NCBI GenBank assembly: GCA_965219385.1
Contig: CBDCNM010000002.1
Span: 3,172,305-3,236,304, forward strand
Direction of reading: 5' to 3'
Length of the DNA: 64,000 nt
Source of the DNA: Candidatus Latescibacterota bacterium
Lineage (GTDB): Bacteria > Latescibacterota > UBA2968 > UBA8231
Shown one piece after another: positions 51,347 through 60,877 of this stretch. Within the stretch, counting starts at the first letter, position 1; each line of letters begins with the position of its first letter. Both the position numbers and the translations under genes were made by a program. Under the pieces are notes generated by a model. That model saw only the letters and a list, made by a program, of their open reading frames with translations, was not told the origin of the DNA and searched no databases.

Positions 51347-51364
51347 TGGTGGGCCGGACTGGAC
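51347..51364 (-). other. putative att site (tRNA 3'-end-like GTCCAGTCCGGCCCACCA)
   Basis: Ends in GGCCCACCA like the tRNA-Ile acceptor end; lies within the recombinase 3' end at the compositional boundary. Confidence 0.55.
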
Positions 51365-52240
51365 AAAATCGAGAACCGAGGCCGACTCGGTGGTCACTCC
51401 GTCGCTGGGCATGGGGATGGTGTACGTCAGCGTGGCCTCGTCTCCCTCCACCTCGATGCCTTCCACGAAGTTGCGGATGAGGGCCTTCCGCTCGGGGATC
51501 GTCCCGTCCTTCAGGAAGTCCTGGAACTCCGCCACGTACCGCGCTATCTCCTCGGTGTTGGGCAGCTCCACCCTGCGCTGTTCAAGCTGGGTCTCGGCGT
51601 CCTCTCTCGCAGCCTCCAACTGCTCCTCACGGTGCCTCAGAGACATAATGCGGGGCGACAGGACCTCAAGGGTCAACTCGCTCGTCTCGATGGCCTCGTA
51701 GAGCTTCTCAAGACGCTTACGCACGTCGGATAGCTCCGCTTCGACGACCTCCAGCCTGCCGGACAACTCGCCGGCCATGGCGTCGATCTCCTCGGCCACC
51801 AACTGCACCAGCGCCACGATGGTCTCCTCGTTCAGAATCCGCTCCCTGATCTTCTCCACCACGAACGTCTCCAGCTTCGGGGCGTTCAGGTAGCGGGCGC
51901 TGCACGTCCCCGCTCCTTCCCTGAACAGGGTGCCGCAGATGTAGTAGGCGAACTGGCCGCTCTTGGCTCCCTGGGCCGAGTAGGGCCTGCCGCAGACCCC
52001 GCACTTGAGCAGCCCGCTCAGCAGGTAAGGGCTCCCCACTCTCGCGGGCCTCTGCACCTTCGGGGCGCGCTCACTCATCGCCTGCTGAACGTCCTCGAAC
52101 AACTCCCTCGACACTAGGGCGGGCCACGCTCCCTCAACCCTTACGGGATCGGCGGCCTGCTGCCCCTTGCTCGTCTTGCCCCAGACGGCGGTGCCCGTGT
52201 ACGCCTCGTTCCTCAGCACGTAGTGGAGCGTTCCCTTGTA

Positions 52241-53115
52241 CTAGGCTGTGTACGATAAAAGGTTTTTGAGCCAAATACGGATGAAAGCGAGTATGATCAT
52301 CGCCTGATACCTGTCGGCGTGTTTTTCATATCGGGTGGCAATGCGTCGGTTTTCTTTGAGCCGTCCGATGAGTCGTTCCACCACATTGCGCTGCCGATAT
52401 AAGTCCTTGTCGAATCCGATGGCCTCAGGGGGATACTCCCCCTGCCGATTTTTTCGATGGGCGATCACGGGCTTGGTTCGCCGTTGGCGCAGTTTCTCGC
52501 GGATGGATTGACTATCATAGGCTTTATCACCGGCCAGGGCTTCAAACCGGGTGCGCTTGGGACCGGGTTTGCCTCCAATGGCCACTGAATCGAGCAAGGC
52601 GTCTACCTGGGTGGATTCATGCTGCTGACCCGGGGTTATGGTAACCGTGATGGGCTTGCCCGCCCCTTCACAAAGGACATGAATTTTGGTGGTATAGCCG
52701 CCACGGCTTTGCCCAAGCCCCTGTTTTTGAAGGCTTTCTTCACGGCTTATGGAAACACCATTTATGTTTTTTTTGCCCCGGCGGCTGCTTTATGCGCCCG
52801 AACGATGCTCCCATCGAGGGCGGCGAACGTAAAATCGATCTGATCCATATGGCGCGCTTGGGCTTCTAACGCATCCAGGATCTGTTGCCATAAGCCTTTT
52901 TGTTCCCAACGACGAAACCGGTCGGCCCCCGTGCTCCAAGGGCCGTACCGGGGGGGCAAATCGCGCCAAGGCGCGCCGGTGCGTAAAATCCAGAAAATGC
53001 CGTTGAGCACTTGGCGATGACTCCGATAAGGGCAGCCCGGTTTGCCCGACCGTTCGGCAGGTAACAACGGCTTTAGCAGGGCAAATTCTTCATCGGTTAA
53101 GTCGTAGCGGGCCAT
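52241..53115 (-). CDS. IS5 transposase, OrfA (53115-52762) plus OrfB joined by a probable -1 frameshift at A8
   Basis: LRTGAPWRDLP, DGSIVRAH, GGCAAAAAAAAC slippery run, SRGGYTTKIH, GDKAYD, YRQRNVVER...RRIATRYEK. Confidence 0.88.
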
Positions 53116-53200
53116 CGGTATCCCCTCCTTCGATTCAATGGTTGAAAGAGAGTATACCACGTCCCAATACTATTTCAAGCAATTATCGTACACAGCCTAG
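52241..53200 (-). mobile_element. IS5-family (IS427-group-like) insertion sequence
   Basis: TIRs GGCTGTGTACGATAA / TTATCGTACACAGCC, CTAG (or TA) target duplication, two-ORF transposase. Confidence 0.93.
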
Positions 53201-53932
53201 CGTTTGCCTCTGTTGGTGATGCCCCGGTCGTTCAGCTCCTTGCATAGCTCCTTGAGGCCGCTGCCCCGCAGGGACTTCTCGAATATCTCCTTCACTACAG
53301 GAGCCGTGGCAGGGTCAACCTCCAGTGTGGGGCGCTCCTTCGCCCCGTCGCTGATCTTGATCTTCCTGTAGCCGAAGGGGGCGTTGGATGCGAGGAAGAA
53401 GCCCCGTGACGCGGCCTCTCTCATCCCCCGGACGACCTCCTGCGCCAAGTTTTCGCTGTAGTATTCATCGACGCTCTCGATGATTCCTTCTAGGAGCCTG
53501 CCAGTGGCGTTGTCCTCGGCCTGCTCGGTGATGGAGACCACGCGGATACCCTTGCGCCGCAACTGGGCCTTGAACGCGACGGCGTGCTCCCGCTTCCTGG
53601 TGAAGCGGCTGAATTTCCACACGAGAATCACGTCGAACGGAGCCTTGGGCTTACTGCCCTCCTCGATCATCTCTCTGAACTGGGGTCTGTCGGCGACGCG
53701 GCCGCTCTCAGCCTCGTCCACGTACTCCCGGGCCACGGAGTAGCCGTTGGCCTTCGCGTATTCCTTGAGCGCCCTGAGCTGGGCGGACACGGACAGGTCC
53801 ACGTCCTGCCGGTCGCTGGAGACCCTGGCGTAGAGCGCCGCAGGTGTGAGCGGCTGTAGGTGCTTCTTCATGCTGCCCTCCTCTGCAATCGTTCTGTCTT
53901 TAGGGGAGGCCAGCCTAGGCCAGTCCCCAGGG

Positions 53933-54961
53933 CTAAAATTCGCCTTTGAGATATGAAACGGAACCGTCCAACCTCACCGTGATTACGGCGTCGAAGGCCG
54001 ATAGGTCGCAACCATCCCAGGCTGTGGATCCCGTGCCACCGATAGAATCTACGATGTCCACCAGCAAGAGGCAGCAGCGAGAATATTCGGGGCATTCGGC
54101 TCGCTTATCTGCTTTGTCGCTGACCTCTTCCCGTAGGGCGTCACCGACTTTGTCGTCCGTTATGAAGTTCCGGAAGACATTGTTCCGTCCCCTAGCATCC
54201 AGTTCTCGATCCACCTCCACATAAGAGACCATGCCAGATTCTACGCGTGCAACCTCAACCGCCCATTCCTGGGCTTCTACGAGAAGTTCAAAGTCGGGAA
54301 AGCTATTCCCGAGAGGTTCATACCGATACTTAAGGTCCTCTTGTGAGATACCGAAACGCGAACACAGGTCAACACAGAGTGAATGGAGAGCGAAGTGCTC
54401 CATGTCTTCCTTGGAAGCATAAACGGGCGAGAATCGAAACCCGTCCATTCGATCCCTTTCTACCAGACGCTGTACGGCAGGGTCCGTTGGATTGACCAGG
54501 CCGATGACGATGCTATCTTGGTTCATGTATTCGTCCTCGAAAAGGTCCAGCTTGAACGCGAAGGTTTCATTCTGATGGTGAACGACCAAAAGCTTTCGAT
54601 AATCGGTAGACAATGGGAGATGAGACAGGATTGAGGTCAACCTTTCGCGCTTAGTTGGGTGATAACGGACGAGTAAGCTATCGCATCCACGGACCCAAAC
54701 TAGGTCGTTCTGGGAGATGATATGTGACGCCTCCTCCCTCAGAAAGCCAAGGGTCAATTCTCGCCCATTGGCTGGGGTATGCGGGACGGACTTGGAGAGC
54801 TCCTTGGATTCCAAGGCAGCCCTTAAAGTGTTCGATGCACGCCGGTAGTCGTTGACAGTGCTTCCCTGTTTACCCGGTATCAAGACAAACTGATACCAGG
54901 GTAGCTTCTGGTATTCAGGGTCTTCCCTTTTCACATACTTGGTCGGAAAGGAGGATGTCAT
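53933..54961 (-). CDS. hypothetical protein with a C-terminal PD-(D/E)XK-like nuclease motif
   Basis: 342 aa; FPDFELL...WAVEVARV. Confidence 0.6.
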   Translation of the reverse strand: MTSSFPTKYVKREDPEYQKLPWYQFVLIPGKQGSTVNDYRRASNTLRAALESKELSKSVPHTPANGRELTLGFLREEASHIISQNDLVWVRGCDSLLVRYHPTKRERLTSILSHLPLSTDYRKLLVVHHQNETFAFKLDLFEDEYMNQDSIVIGLVNPTDPAVQRLVERDRMDGFRFSPVYASKEDMEHFALHSLCVDLCSRFGISQEDLKYRYEPLGNSFPDFELLVEAQEWAVEVARVESGMVSYVEVDRELDARGRNNVFRNFITDDKVGDALREEVSDKADKRAECPEYSRCCLLLVDIVDSIGGTGSTAWDGCDLSAFDAVITVRLDGSVSYLKGEF

Positions 54962-55002
54962 GGCGTTTTCCTCTTTCGAAGGGGTTCTCGCATCGTGGTA
55001 GG

Positions 55003-55338
55003 CTACCCGCTCACCAAGACGTCTATCGTAGTGCCAAGGGCGCCAGCGATGCGGGTCAGGGCCGAGGCCGACCCGGGTTTCAGCCCGCGCTCAATCTCCG
55101 AGATGTACCCGAAGGCAAGGCCGGTTATCTCGGACAGCTCCCTCAGGGTCATGCCCTGGTGATTCCGAAACGCCTGGATGGGACCCTTTCCCCGCATGAT
55201 GTCGAGTGCGACCTCGTGGGGGATTCGCACGCCGTCGTTGGCGTCCTGGGCAGCCAGCATGTCCTCAAGCTGGCTGTTGCGCTCGATGAGAGCGTCATAC
55301 TCCCGTCGAGTCAAGGTCACGGTCTGTTCGCTAGTCAT
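55003..55338 (-). CDS. XRE-family HTH antitoxin
   Basis: RNHQGMTLRELSEITGLAFGYISEIERG; coupled to the upstream RelE gene. Confidence 0.88.
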   Translation of the reverse strand: MTSEQTVTLTRREYDALIERNSQLEDMLAAQDANDGVRIPHEVALDIMRGKGPIQAFRNHQGMTLRELSEITGLAFGYISEIERGLKPGSASALTRIAGALGTTIDVLVSG

Positions 55339-55588
55339 AAGCCTCCCTCCTGTGTCGAACTCTCAGGACTACGAGGGTTGAGGGCTCACCATGCTCAGTG
55401 GTGAAGATGATGCGGTGGTGGCCGACTCTCAAACGCCTGTAGGGGCTGTCAGTCAAAGCCGTCACCTGCCTGGCAAGAGACGCGGGGTTATCGGCGTACT
55501 GCTCGATCTTGGCGATGATGCGCTCCCTGTCCCTTGCGGCGAGACGGCGCATATCCCTGATGGCCCGCGTCCCCCATTCGATTTGCAT
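55331..55588 (-). CDS. RelE/ParE family toxin
   Basis: YRRLRVGHHRIIF...VLRVRHRREAYD. Confidence 0.88.
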   Translation of the reverse strand: MQIEWGTRAIRDMRRLAARDRERIIAKIEQYADNPASLARQVTALTDSPYRRLRVGHHRIIFTTEHGEPSTLVVLRVRHRREAYD

Positions 55589-55847
55589 TCCCTCATACAC
55601 ACCCTCTATTTTCTCAAATAGAGAGCAGTGAGTCAAGAGGCCGATGCCCACAGCCCTCCCCATGGGCGGTCCCCGGTCCGCAGCCGTCCCCGGCGGCCTC
55701 GGCACATCCCCTGCAAGGGGATCCCTTCCAGCCACCTGTCGAATCAGAGGGTCTCCACCCTGTGCGGGGGCTGTACACGAGTTTGAGTTTGGCGGCGAAG
55801 CGGCGGAAGGGGCGATTTCGTAGCTGACACAGGGGCACAGCGCCCCC

Positions 55848-56477
55848 CTATCGGGTAGACGGCTCAAATACGGCCTGGAAGTCACAGTACCGTTCGACAA
55901 CCTCAATGCGTTTGTCGGTGAAGCCGGTCTCAGTCAGCTTGGCCTCTATCAACAGGTCTTCGACTTTCAGGTCAACCTCTGTGTCACGACCTGCGTCCCG
56001 ACGAGGCACCCCAGGATTGAACCCGAAGCTAGGCCGAAGCTCGGCCGCTGTGGAAAGTCCCAGCAGTTGGACCATCGGACCGCGTTGGAATACACCAGGA
56101 TAGCAGAACACGTTCATAAGCAGCGCATCGGAACTCGTGCAGGAATCCAACTCCATTGCTTCTGCGCGACGTCCTTCCGGCAGAGCTTCCCGCCGGGTGT
56201 GAGCCTTTTGAAGCCGCCGCGCCCAATCCAGATTTCCGCAGATGGCACGGTACGAGGCGTCGAAGAAGTTGCCATGGCGGAGCGGCTCCTGACTCGGCAA
56301 GAACAATACTACGGGATTGGTCCTTCCGAGGCTGAGGTAATAAGGCAAGCTATGACTGTCGGCGTACCTCTTAGCCGCCTCAATGATGAGTTGTCGAAAT
56401 TCTCTTTTGTTCATTCCCGAAACTTGACTAGGCACGCCCCGTCGGAGTGGAGCCCAAATTGGGCGTCTCTTCATCAA
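55848..56477 (-). CDS. PGN_0703-like putative restriction endonuclease, probably 3'-truncated
   Basis: HGNFFDASY, DSCTSSDALLMNVF, TEVDL...IEAKLTE; start may be 56414. Confidence 0.65.
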   Translation of the reverse strand: MMKRRPIWAPLRRGVPSQVSGMNKREFRQLIIEAAKRYADSHSLPYYLSLGRTNPVVLFLPSQEPLRHGNFFDASYRAICGNLDWARRLQKAHTRREALPEGRRAEAMELDSCTSSDALLMNVFCYPGVFQRGPMVQLLGLSTAAELRPSFGFNPGVPRRDAGRDTEVDLKVEDLLIEAKLTETGFTDKRIEVVERYCDFQAVFEPSTR

Positions 56478-56555
56478 CCATGTCGCTAGCTCGCTTCATC
56501 ACTCGCCAGACCCACAGCAGCCGATGGTCGAAGTCGAACAACTGTCCAGTTGTAA

Positions 56556-58280
56556 TCATCCAATCCACTCGTCACCGCCGCAAAGTCGCTTGACAGCTCT
56601 GTGGATCGCCGCCGCGCGGGCGTGGAGGAATCCTTCGTAGTCTGCCCTGATCTTCCTAGCTCTATCCTCTTTGTCCGCAATGGCGGAATATCCCCCGACA
56701 TTAAGTGCTTCGAACGGAATAACATGCGAGTTAAGTCGGTGGCGAATCTGCTCCTCGCCCAAGGGTGCGCGCTCGACGCGCTCACGCAGGTAGGCGACGG
56801 GCTCTTTTGCTGAGATTTTTCTGTTGGTGTTCCAAGTGACCAGGGCGCAGTTCAATGCAAGATTGATAGCTGGATCATCGAGATGCCCTTCGCTATCGAG
56901 CAACCCGGTTGGGAAGAGATGATGGTACTCCCTCCTAGCCAAGGATTCGAAACTGGCTGGTGTGTCGTCGGCAAAGTCTCTGCCTCCTCCACGAAGGGAG
57001 ACGGCAAGTATCCCGCGGGCCAGGATGTTTCGAAGTCGCGGCCACGGAGCCCTTTCTAGTTCTCCTATCTCTGCGATCGGAAACAGAGACTCGTCCAGTA
57101 TTGGAATGTCTCTACCAACGTCTCCATCCACGAGCCGCGCCTTCAAACCTCGATAGTCTTGGTGAGCTGCAGTAGCCGCTGCCTGTTCGTATCTTCCGGT
57201 AAAGAACGAGCGCCACAGGTACTGGCGCAGTAACGTACGCGCCTCTCCGTGATCATCGAGTGACTGTGGCATCTCGCTCCAGATTGCGGCAAGAATCGGC
57301 ACCACGGCAACCGTAGGCAGACGATTTCTATCAAAAATACGTTCGTCGCCCAGAAAGGTGATCGCTCCCTTGACGCCTCTTTCAATAAAGCCCCATTCAT
57401 TCCCAAGCCGACGCAAATCGAGATGCAGGAACGACGAGTCTACTGGGGGCCGGTCTTCACGGAGTGCCGCAACTTGCAGGGCTAGGTCCGGGACCTCGAC
57501 AAATCGTTCGGCGTCAGGTACCGCCGTACGCAGTGATGCTACAAGGTCGTGAAGTGACTGCCCCGTTGCCGACTCCAACTGTGCGACGACGATATCGAAG
57601 GCAGTGAGCCGCACCGATGAGGTGTTCATTTTAATGAACACCTCAATTGCGTCCTCGGGGGCAGTTTCTACTGGTAGTTGCAGATAGGGCAGATTCGCTT
57701 CTCTCATGGCAATTTGAAGTGGCCCAATCCTGTCTTGTGTATCCCTACTCTCTACCAGAGAGTCAGTCGCAGAGTCACACCATTCGCGGACTTCCAGAGT
57801 TGTCCTTTCAGGATGTAACAATCGAAGGGGCACCAAGCCACGGCTCAACTGCTCTTTGGGATCATCGGCCCATAGTGGATAGCGGCGGCCGTTCCTAGTC
57901 CACTGGCTGGAACTCTTCACGAGGGATTCGTCGGGACCCTCCGGAGTCAAGACTGCGAAGTAGGTACGGTCCTCGTACCCGTCGGTGAGTGCTTTCCACA
58001 TTGCGGTCAGTCGCTGCTGTCCATCAAGCAGATGCTCCGTTACCCTTTCGGTCGGATCAGGTGCTCCTGCCATCCTGCGGCTAAGAAACGGCTCGGTGTC
58101 CCCAATCTCTAACACCAAGGCGGCTCCTATCGGCCTCCCGCGCAAGACGGAGTCTAGGAGGGGGACCACCTCACTGTGGCTCCAGCTTTCATAACGTTGG
58201 AACCTTGGCAAAGCCAACTGGCCCGTACTTACACGGGTCAACCATTCAGGAAGACGCCGATTTCTGGCCTCCATTCCCAT
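56556..58280 (-). CDS. DUF262 (GmrSD-like) protein with HNH-like C-terminus
   Basis: LPRFQR, LLDGQQRLT, F.KMN, EYHHLFP...N...N. Confidence 0.85.
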   Translation of the reverse strand: MGMEARNRRLPEWLTRVSTGQLALPRFQRYESWSHSEVVPLLDSVLRGRPIGAALVLEIGDTEPFLSRRMAGAPDPTERVTEHLLDGQQRLTAMWKALTDGYEDRTYFAVLTPEGPDESLVKSSSQWTRNGRRYPLWADDPKEQLSRGLVPLRLLHPERTTLEVREWCDSATDSLVESRDTQDRIGPLQIAMREANLPYLQLPVETAPEDAIEVFIKMNTSSVRLTAFDIVVAQLESATGQSLHDLVASLRTAVPDAERFVEVPDLALQVAALREDRPPVDSSFLHLDLRRLGNEWGFIERGVKGAITFLGDERIFDRNRLPTVAVVPILAAIWSEMPQSLDDHGEARTLLRQYLWRSFFTGRYEQAAATAAHQDYRGLKARLVDGDVGRDIPILDESLFPIAEIGELERAPWPRLRNILARGILAVSLRGGGRDFADDTPASFESLARREYHHLFPTGLLDSEGHLDDPAINLALNCALVTWNTNRKISAKEPVAYLRERVERAPLGEEQIRHRLNSHVIPFEALNVGGYSAIADKEDRARKIRADYEGFLHARAAAIHRAVKRLCGGDEWIG

Positions 58281-58438
58281 AGAATCGACTCCTCTCTCTA
58301 CATTCTGCTATGAATGTCGCCCATGTATTGGCGAGTCTGTGTTACGAGTTACGGGAACGACGGGATGTCACTTGTTGCCGGGCTCCCCTCATCGTATTGA
58401 TCCATGTCACCATCGTTCACGGTCCGGTCAATGATGAA

Positions 58439-59080
58439 CTAGTCCTTAGCCTGGTGTCCCACGTATCGAGTCAACCCATAGTTGGCTCCGCCACCGACGA
58501 TGGCACCTATCCCGAATGGGATGGCCCTTTCCGCCGCCTTTCTTGTGAAGGTGACTCCGACCCTCCGGAACGCCTGTTTGGTGGCCTGTAGTGCCCCACC
58601 CTTGAGATACTGACGCAGCATACTTACTCCAGCTTTGGATCCCATCTTCGCCCCCGCTTCGACCCCTGCGCGCTGAACACTTCCAGTCGCTGCGATGAGG
58701 AAGGCTAGATGTTTGCCATCTTCCGACGTAATGTCGTACTTGAATGAGGCTGCCAGACACATACACATATCAACTTGGAGTTTCATGCAAACTAACGAGT
58801 CCGCAGTCGCGCCTCCGACCATCGCCACCGCGGTTCCTAGCCCGGGGATGATTCCTGGTAGAGCTGTAGCTGCCCCGACCATCATCGCTAGTCTGGAATA
58901 TCGACCAACAATTTTGTTAGCCGCTCGTAACTGATGGTTCCACTCGGAGTCACCGGGAAACCTTTGTCTGCTCTGGATAACGTATCCGTCAGCAATCGCC
59001 ATAGCGTCTTCGGGAGAAATCGCGATTACCTCGACTGCCCGCAGCAGCCGCGAGCCGCTATCTTCACCTGCATTGGTCAT
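58439..59080 (-). CDS. EcsC-like protein (ends at a TAG that may be premature; read-through would reach 58349)
   Basis: GAATALPGIIPGLG, D...CMKLQVDM, AIPFGIGAIVGGGAN. Confidence 0.75.
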   Translation of the reverse strand: MTNAGEDSGSRLLRAVEVIAISPEDAMAIADGYVIQSRQRFPGDSEWNHQLRAANKIVGRYSRLAMMVGAATALPGIIPGLGTAVAMVGGATADSLVCMKLQVDMCMCLAASFKYDITSEDGKHLAFLIAATGSVQRAGVEAGAKMGSKAGVSMLRQYLKGGALQATKQAFRRVGVTFTRKAAERAIPFGIGAIVGGGANYGLTRYVGHQAKD

Positions 59081-59133
59081 GTCGTCGGTACGCCTCCATC
59101 CTAGATAGGTTCCGGCACTTTTCAAGGAGGTTG

Positions 59134-60216
59134 CTAGGCGGTCGTTGCTATTCTCCAGATGTCCTTCACCTGACGCACCACATCGTCTAATACACGTCCA
59201 TATTCGACGCCGGGCGTCAGGTAGATTGGCACGTCGTAATGATCGCGGCTCCCCCCATAGTCCACCAGTGACGGTACTTTGTCACGAAGGCAGGCGGGGC
59301 TGATCGGGACGTCTCTGTAGATCCTCAACCACATGGGGGTATCGCCACTGGTTGCCCAAAGGCGGGAATTCACGCATAGGAACAAGTAGCCTGGGATCAC
59401 TTCTCCCAGATCGGCCTTGAAACCGAAATACCGTCCATAGCCGCTCCTCTGCGGCGTGGCCCTGAAGCCCTCGACGGACATCCAGCCTTCCGGGCAGCCA
59501 CGATTGTCGATCACATCGTCGATAAGACGATTGAGCCACTGGAGCCTGCGCGGTACTTGAGGGCTGAATTCCGCCGTCCTGATGGGTTGGAAAGCCTCGT
59601 CGTCCTCCCGTTGCGCCAGTCCACGGAGTTGTCGGATGTCCGCAGCTAGCAGGGAATCGGGGGGCACAGCGGCGGCCAGACGGTCTAGGAGCAGAGGCCA
59701 GCTAACCAGCATCAGCCGTTTGTCCTGCTTGTCTGGCCCTATTACCCTGGCCCTGTGTACCTGCTCGGCAGTTTCGACTGCTTCCAGCTTGAACCCATCC
59801 TGCCCGCCTTCCATCTGGCGTGTGATCTCCCCCCAAAGTATCTCCAGCCTCGTGGCGGGAGCGACGAACAGCAGCACCCCCGGCCCCACGTCCTCCAGTT
59901 GGCCGAAGTAGCTGCTGGCTTGGCGCTCAAGCAGGGTAGCCCAGAACTTCGACTCGACGAGCAGCCGCTTCCCGCCCGCCTGATCATACCCCACCATGTC
60001 CGGGCGAGACCCGTCCTTGTACGTCACCTGGGTGTTGAAGCTGGCCAGGGCGTCCAAGTGGTAAGTTCCCTCACCTTCCCTCAGAAGCAGGCCCAGCGCA
60101 TCACGGCAGGCAGGGGACTTGTTGAGGATGAAGGACAGAGCGTCGGTGGCTGTGTCCTCCACTCTATTGGTCATGCGAGGCACAAGGTACGCGAGCAGTG
60201 TGAATTCTTCAGGCAT
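59134..60216 (-). CDS. PD-(D/E)XK nuclease superfamily protein
   Basis: EDTATDAL, RPDMVG...LLVESKFWA...Q...Y. Confidence 0.75.
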   Translation of the reverse strand: MPEEFTLLAYLVPRMTNRVEDTATDALSFILNKSPACRDALGLLLREGEGTYHLDALASFNTQVTYKDGSRPDMVGYDQAGGKRLLVESKFWATLLERQASSYFGQLEDVGPGVLLFVAPATRLEILWGEITRQMEGGQDGFKLEAVETAEQVHRARVIGPDKQDKRLMLVSWPLLLDRLAAAVPPDSLLAADIRQLRGLAQREDDEAFQPIRTAEFSPQVPRRLQWLNRLIDDVIDNRGCPEGWMSVEGFRATPQRSGYGRYFGFKADLGEVIPGYLFLCVNSRLWATSGDTPMWLRIYRDVPISPACLRDKVPSLVDYGGSRDHYDVPIYLTPGVEYGRVLDDVVRQVKDIWRIATTA

Positions 60217-60604
60217 GGCGCTTCTCCTCAGTAACCGGCGTCCGGGATTGGTGAGCTGGGTTGGCAGGATAGTCCTCCGGCTTCCCCGTGTCTCCGGGCT
60301 GAATCACGAAGTCCCGGCGGTCCCGATACAGACGGGCACGGTTGATCACGTTCTCACCATCGGGGTCGAAGCCATCCCACTGACTATTGAACCAGTACTT
60401 GAAGTCACCGGTGAAGAGGTATTTGTTGCTCACGCGGAAGAAGCGGCAGTCTACGCCCTCGCCGTCCTGGAAACGGGCGTAGATGGCGTTCAGCAGTTCC
60501 CGCTGCCCATCCTTCTCGCTGAGGACGTATTCATGAGGCTACGTGTCCCGGTAGGTGACCGCCTCCCGCCAGGGGGCGCAGGCAATGAGCTCTGTCAGGT
60601 TCAT
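60209..60604 (-). pseudogene. 131-codon hypothetical gene with an in-frame TAG at codon 22
   Basis: MNLTELIACAPWREAVTYRDT*PHEYVLSEK...KYWF...INRARLYRDRRDF; continuous frame that overlaps the next gene's start. Confidence 0.7.
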
Positions 60605-60635
60605 TCTCTTTCAATATTCCTTTCTGTCAGTCCCT

Positions 60636-60869
60636 TCAGGACCGCTGATGCGCCGCGTCCAGGGATGGCAGATCAACGGCTAGCCGTGGGCCGCCCGATG
60701 GAGGTCTCTCCTCGACCATCTCTTCACCCCGGGCCAGGCCAGTGACGATGAGGAAGTCCCGCACCGCACTGGTGATGTTGGCCTCAGGTTCCCCATTGTC
60801 GTGTCGCCGCAGTATCTCGGCGGCGGCGTTGCGATACCTGGGGTCGTTTGGGTCAATGTGCGGAGTCAT
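60636..60869 (-). pseudogene. short ORF resembling the N-terminus of a type IIG/IIL restriction-modification enzyme
   Basis: EANITSAVRDFL...EERPP...AVDL, then an abrupt stop. Confidence 0.45.
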
Positions 60870-60877
60870 TCGGCCTT

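Larger units (their letters stand above)
51221..53871 (-). pseudogene. large serine recombinase interrupted by an IS5 element
   Basis: N-part 53871-53197 (ALYARVSSDRQ, SRFTR) and C-part 52240-51221 (LLSGLLKCGVCG Zn ribbon, coiled coil) join in frame once the IS is removed. Confidence 0.9.
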
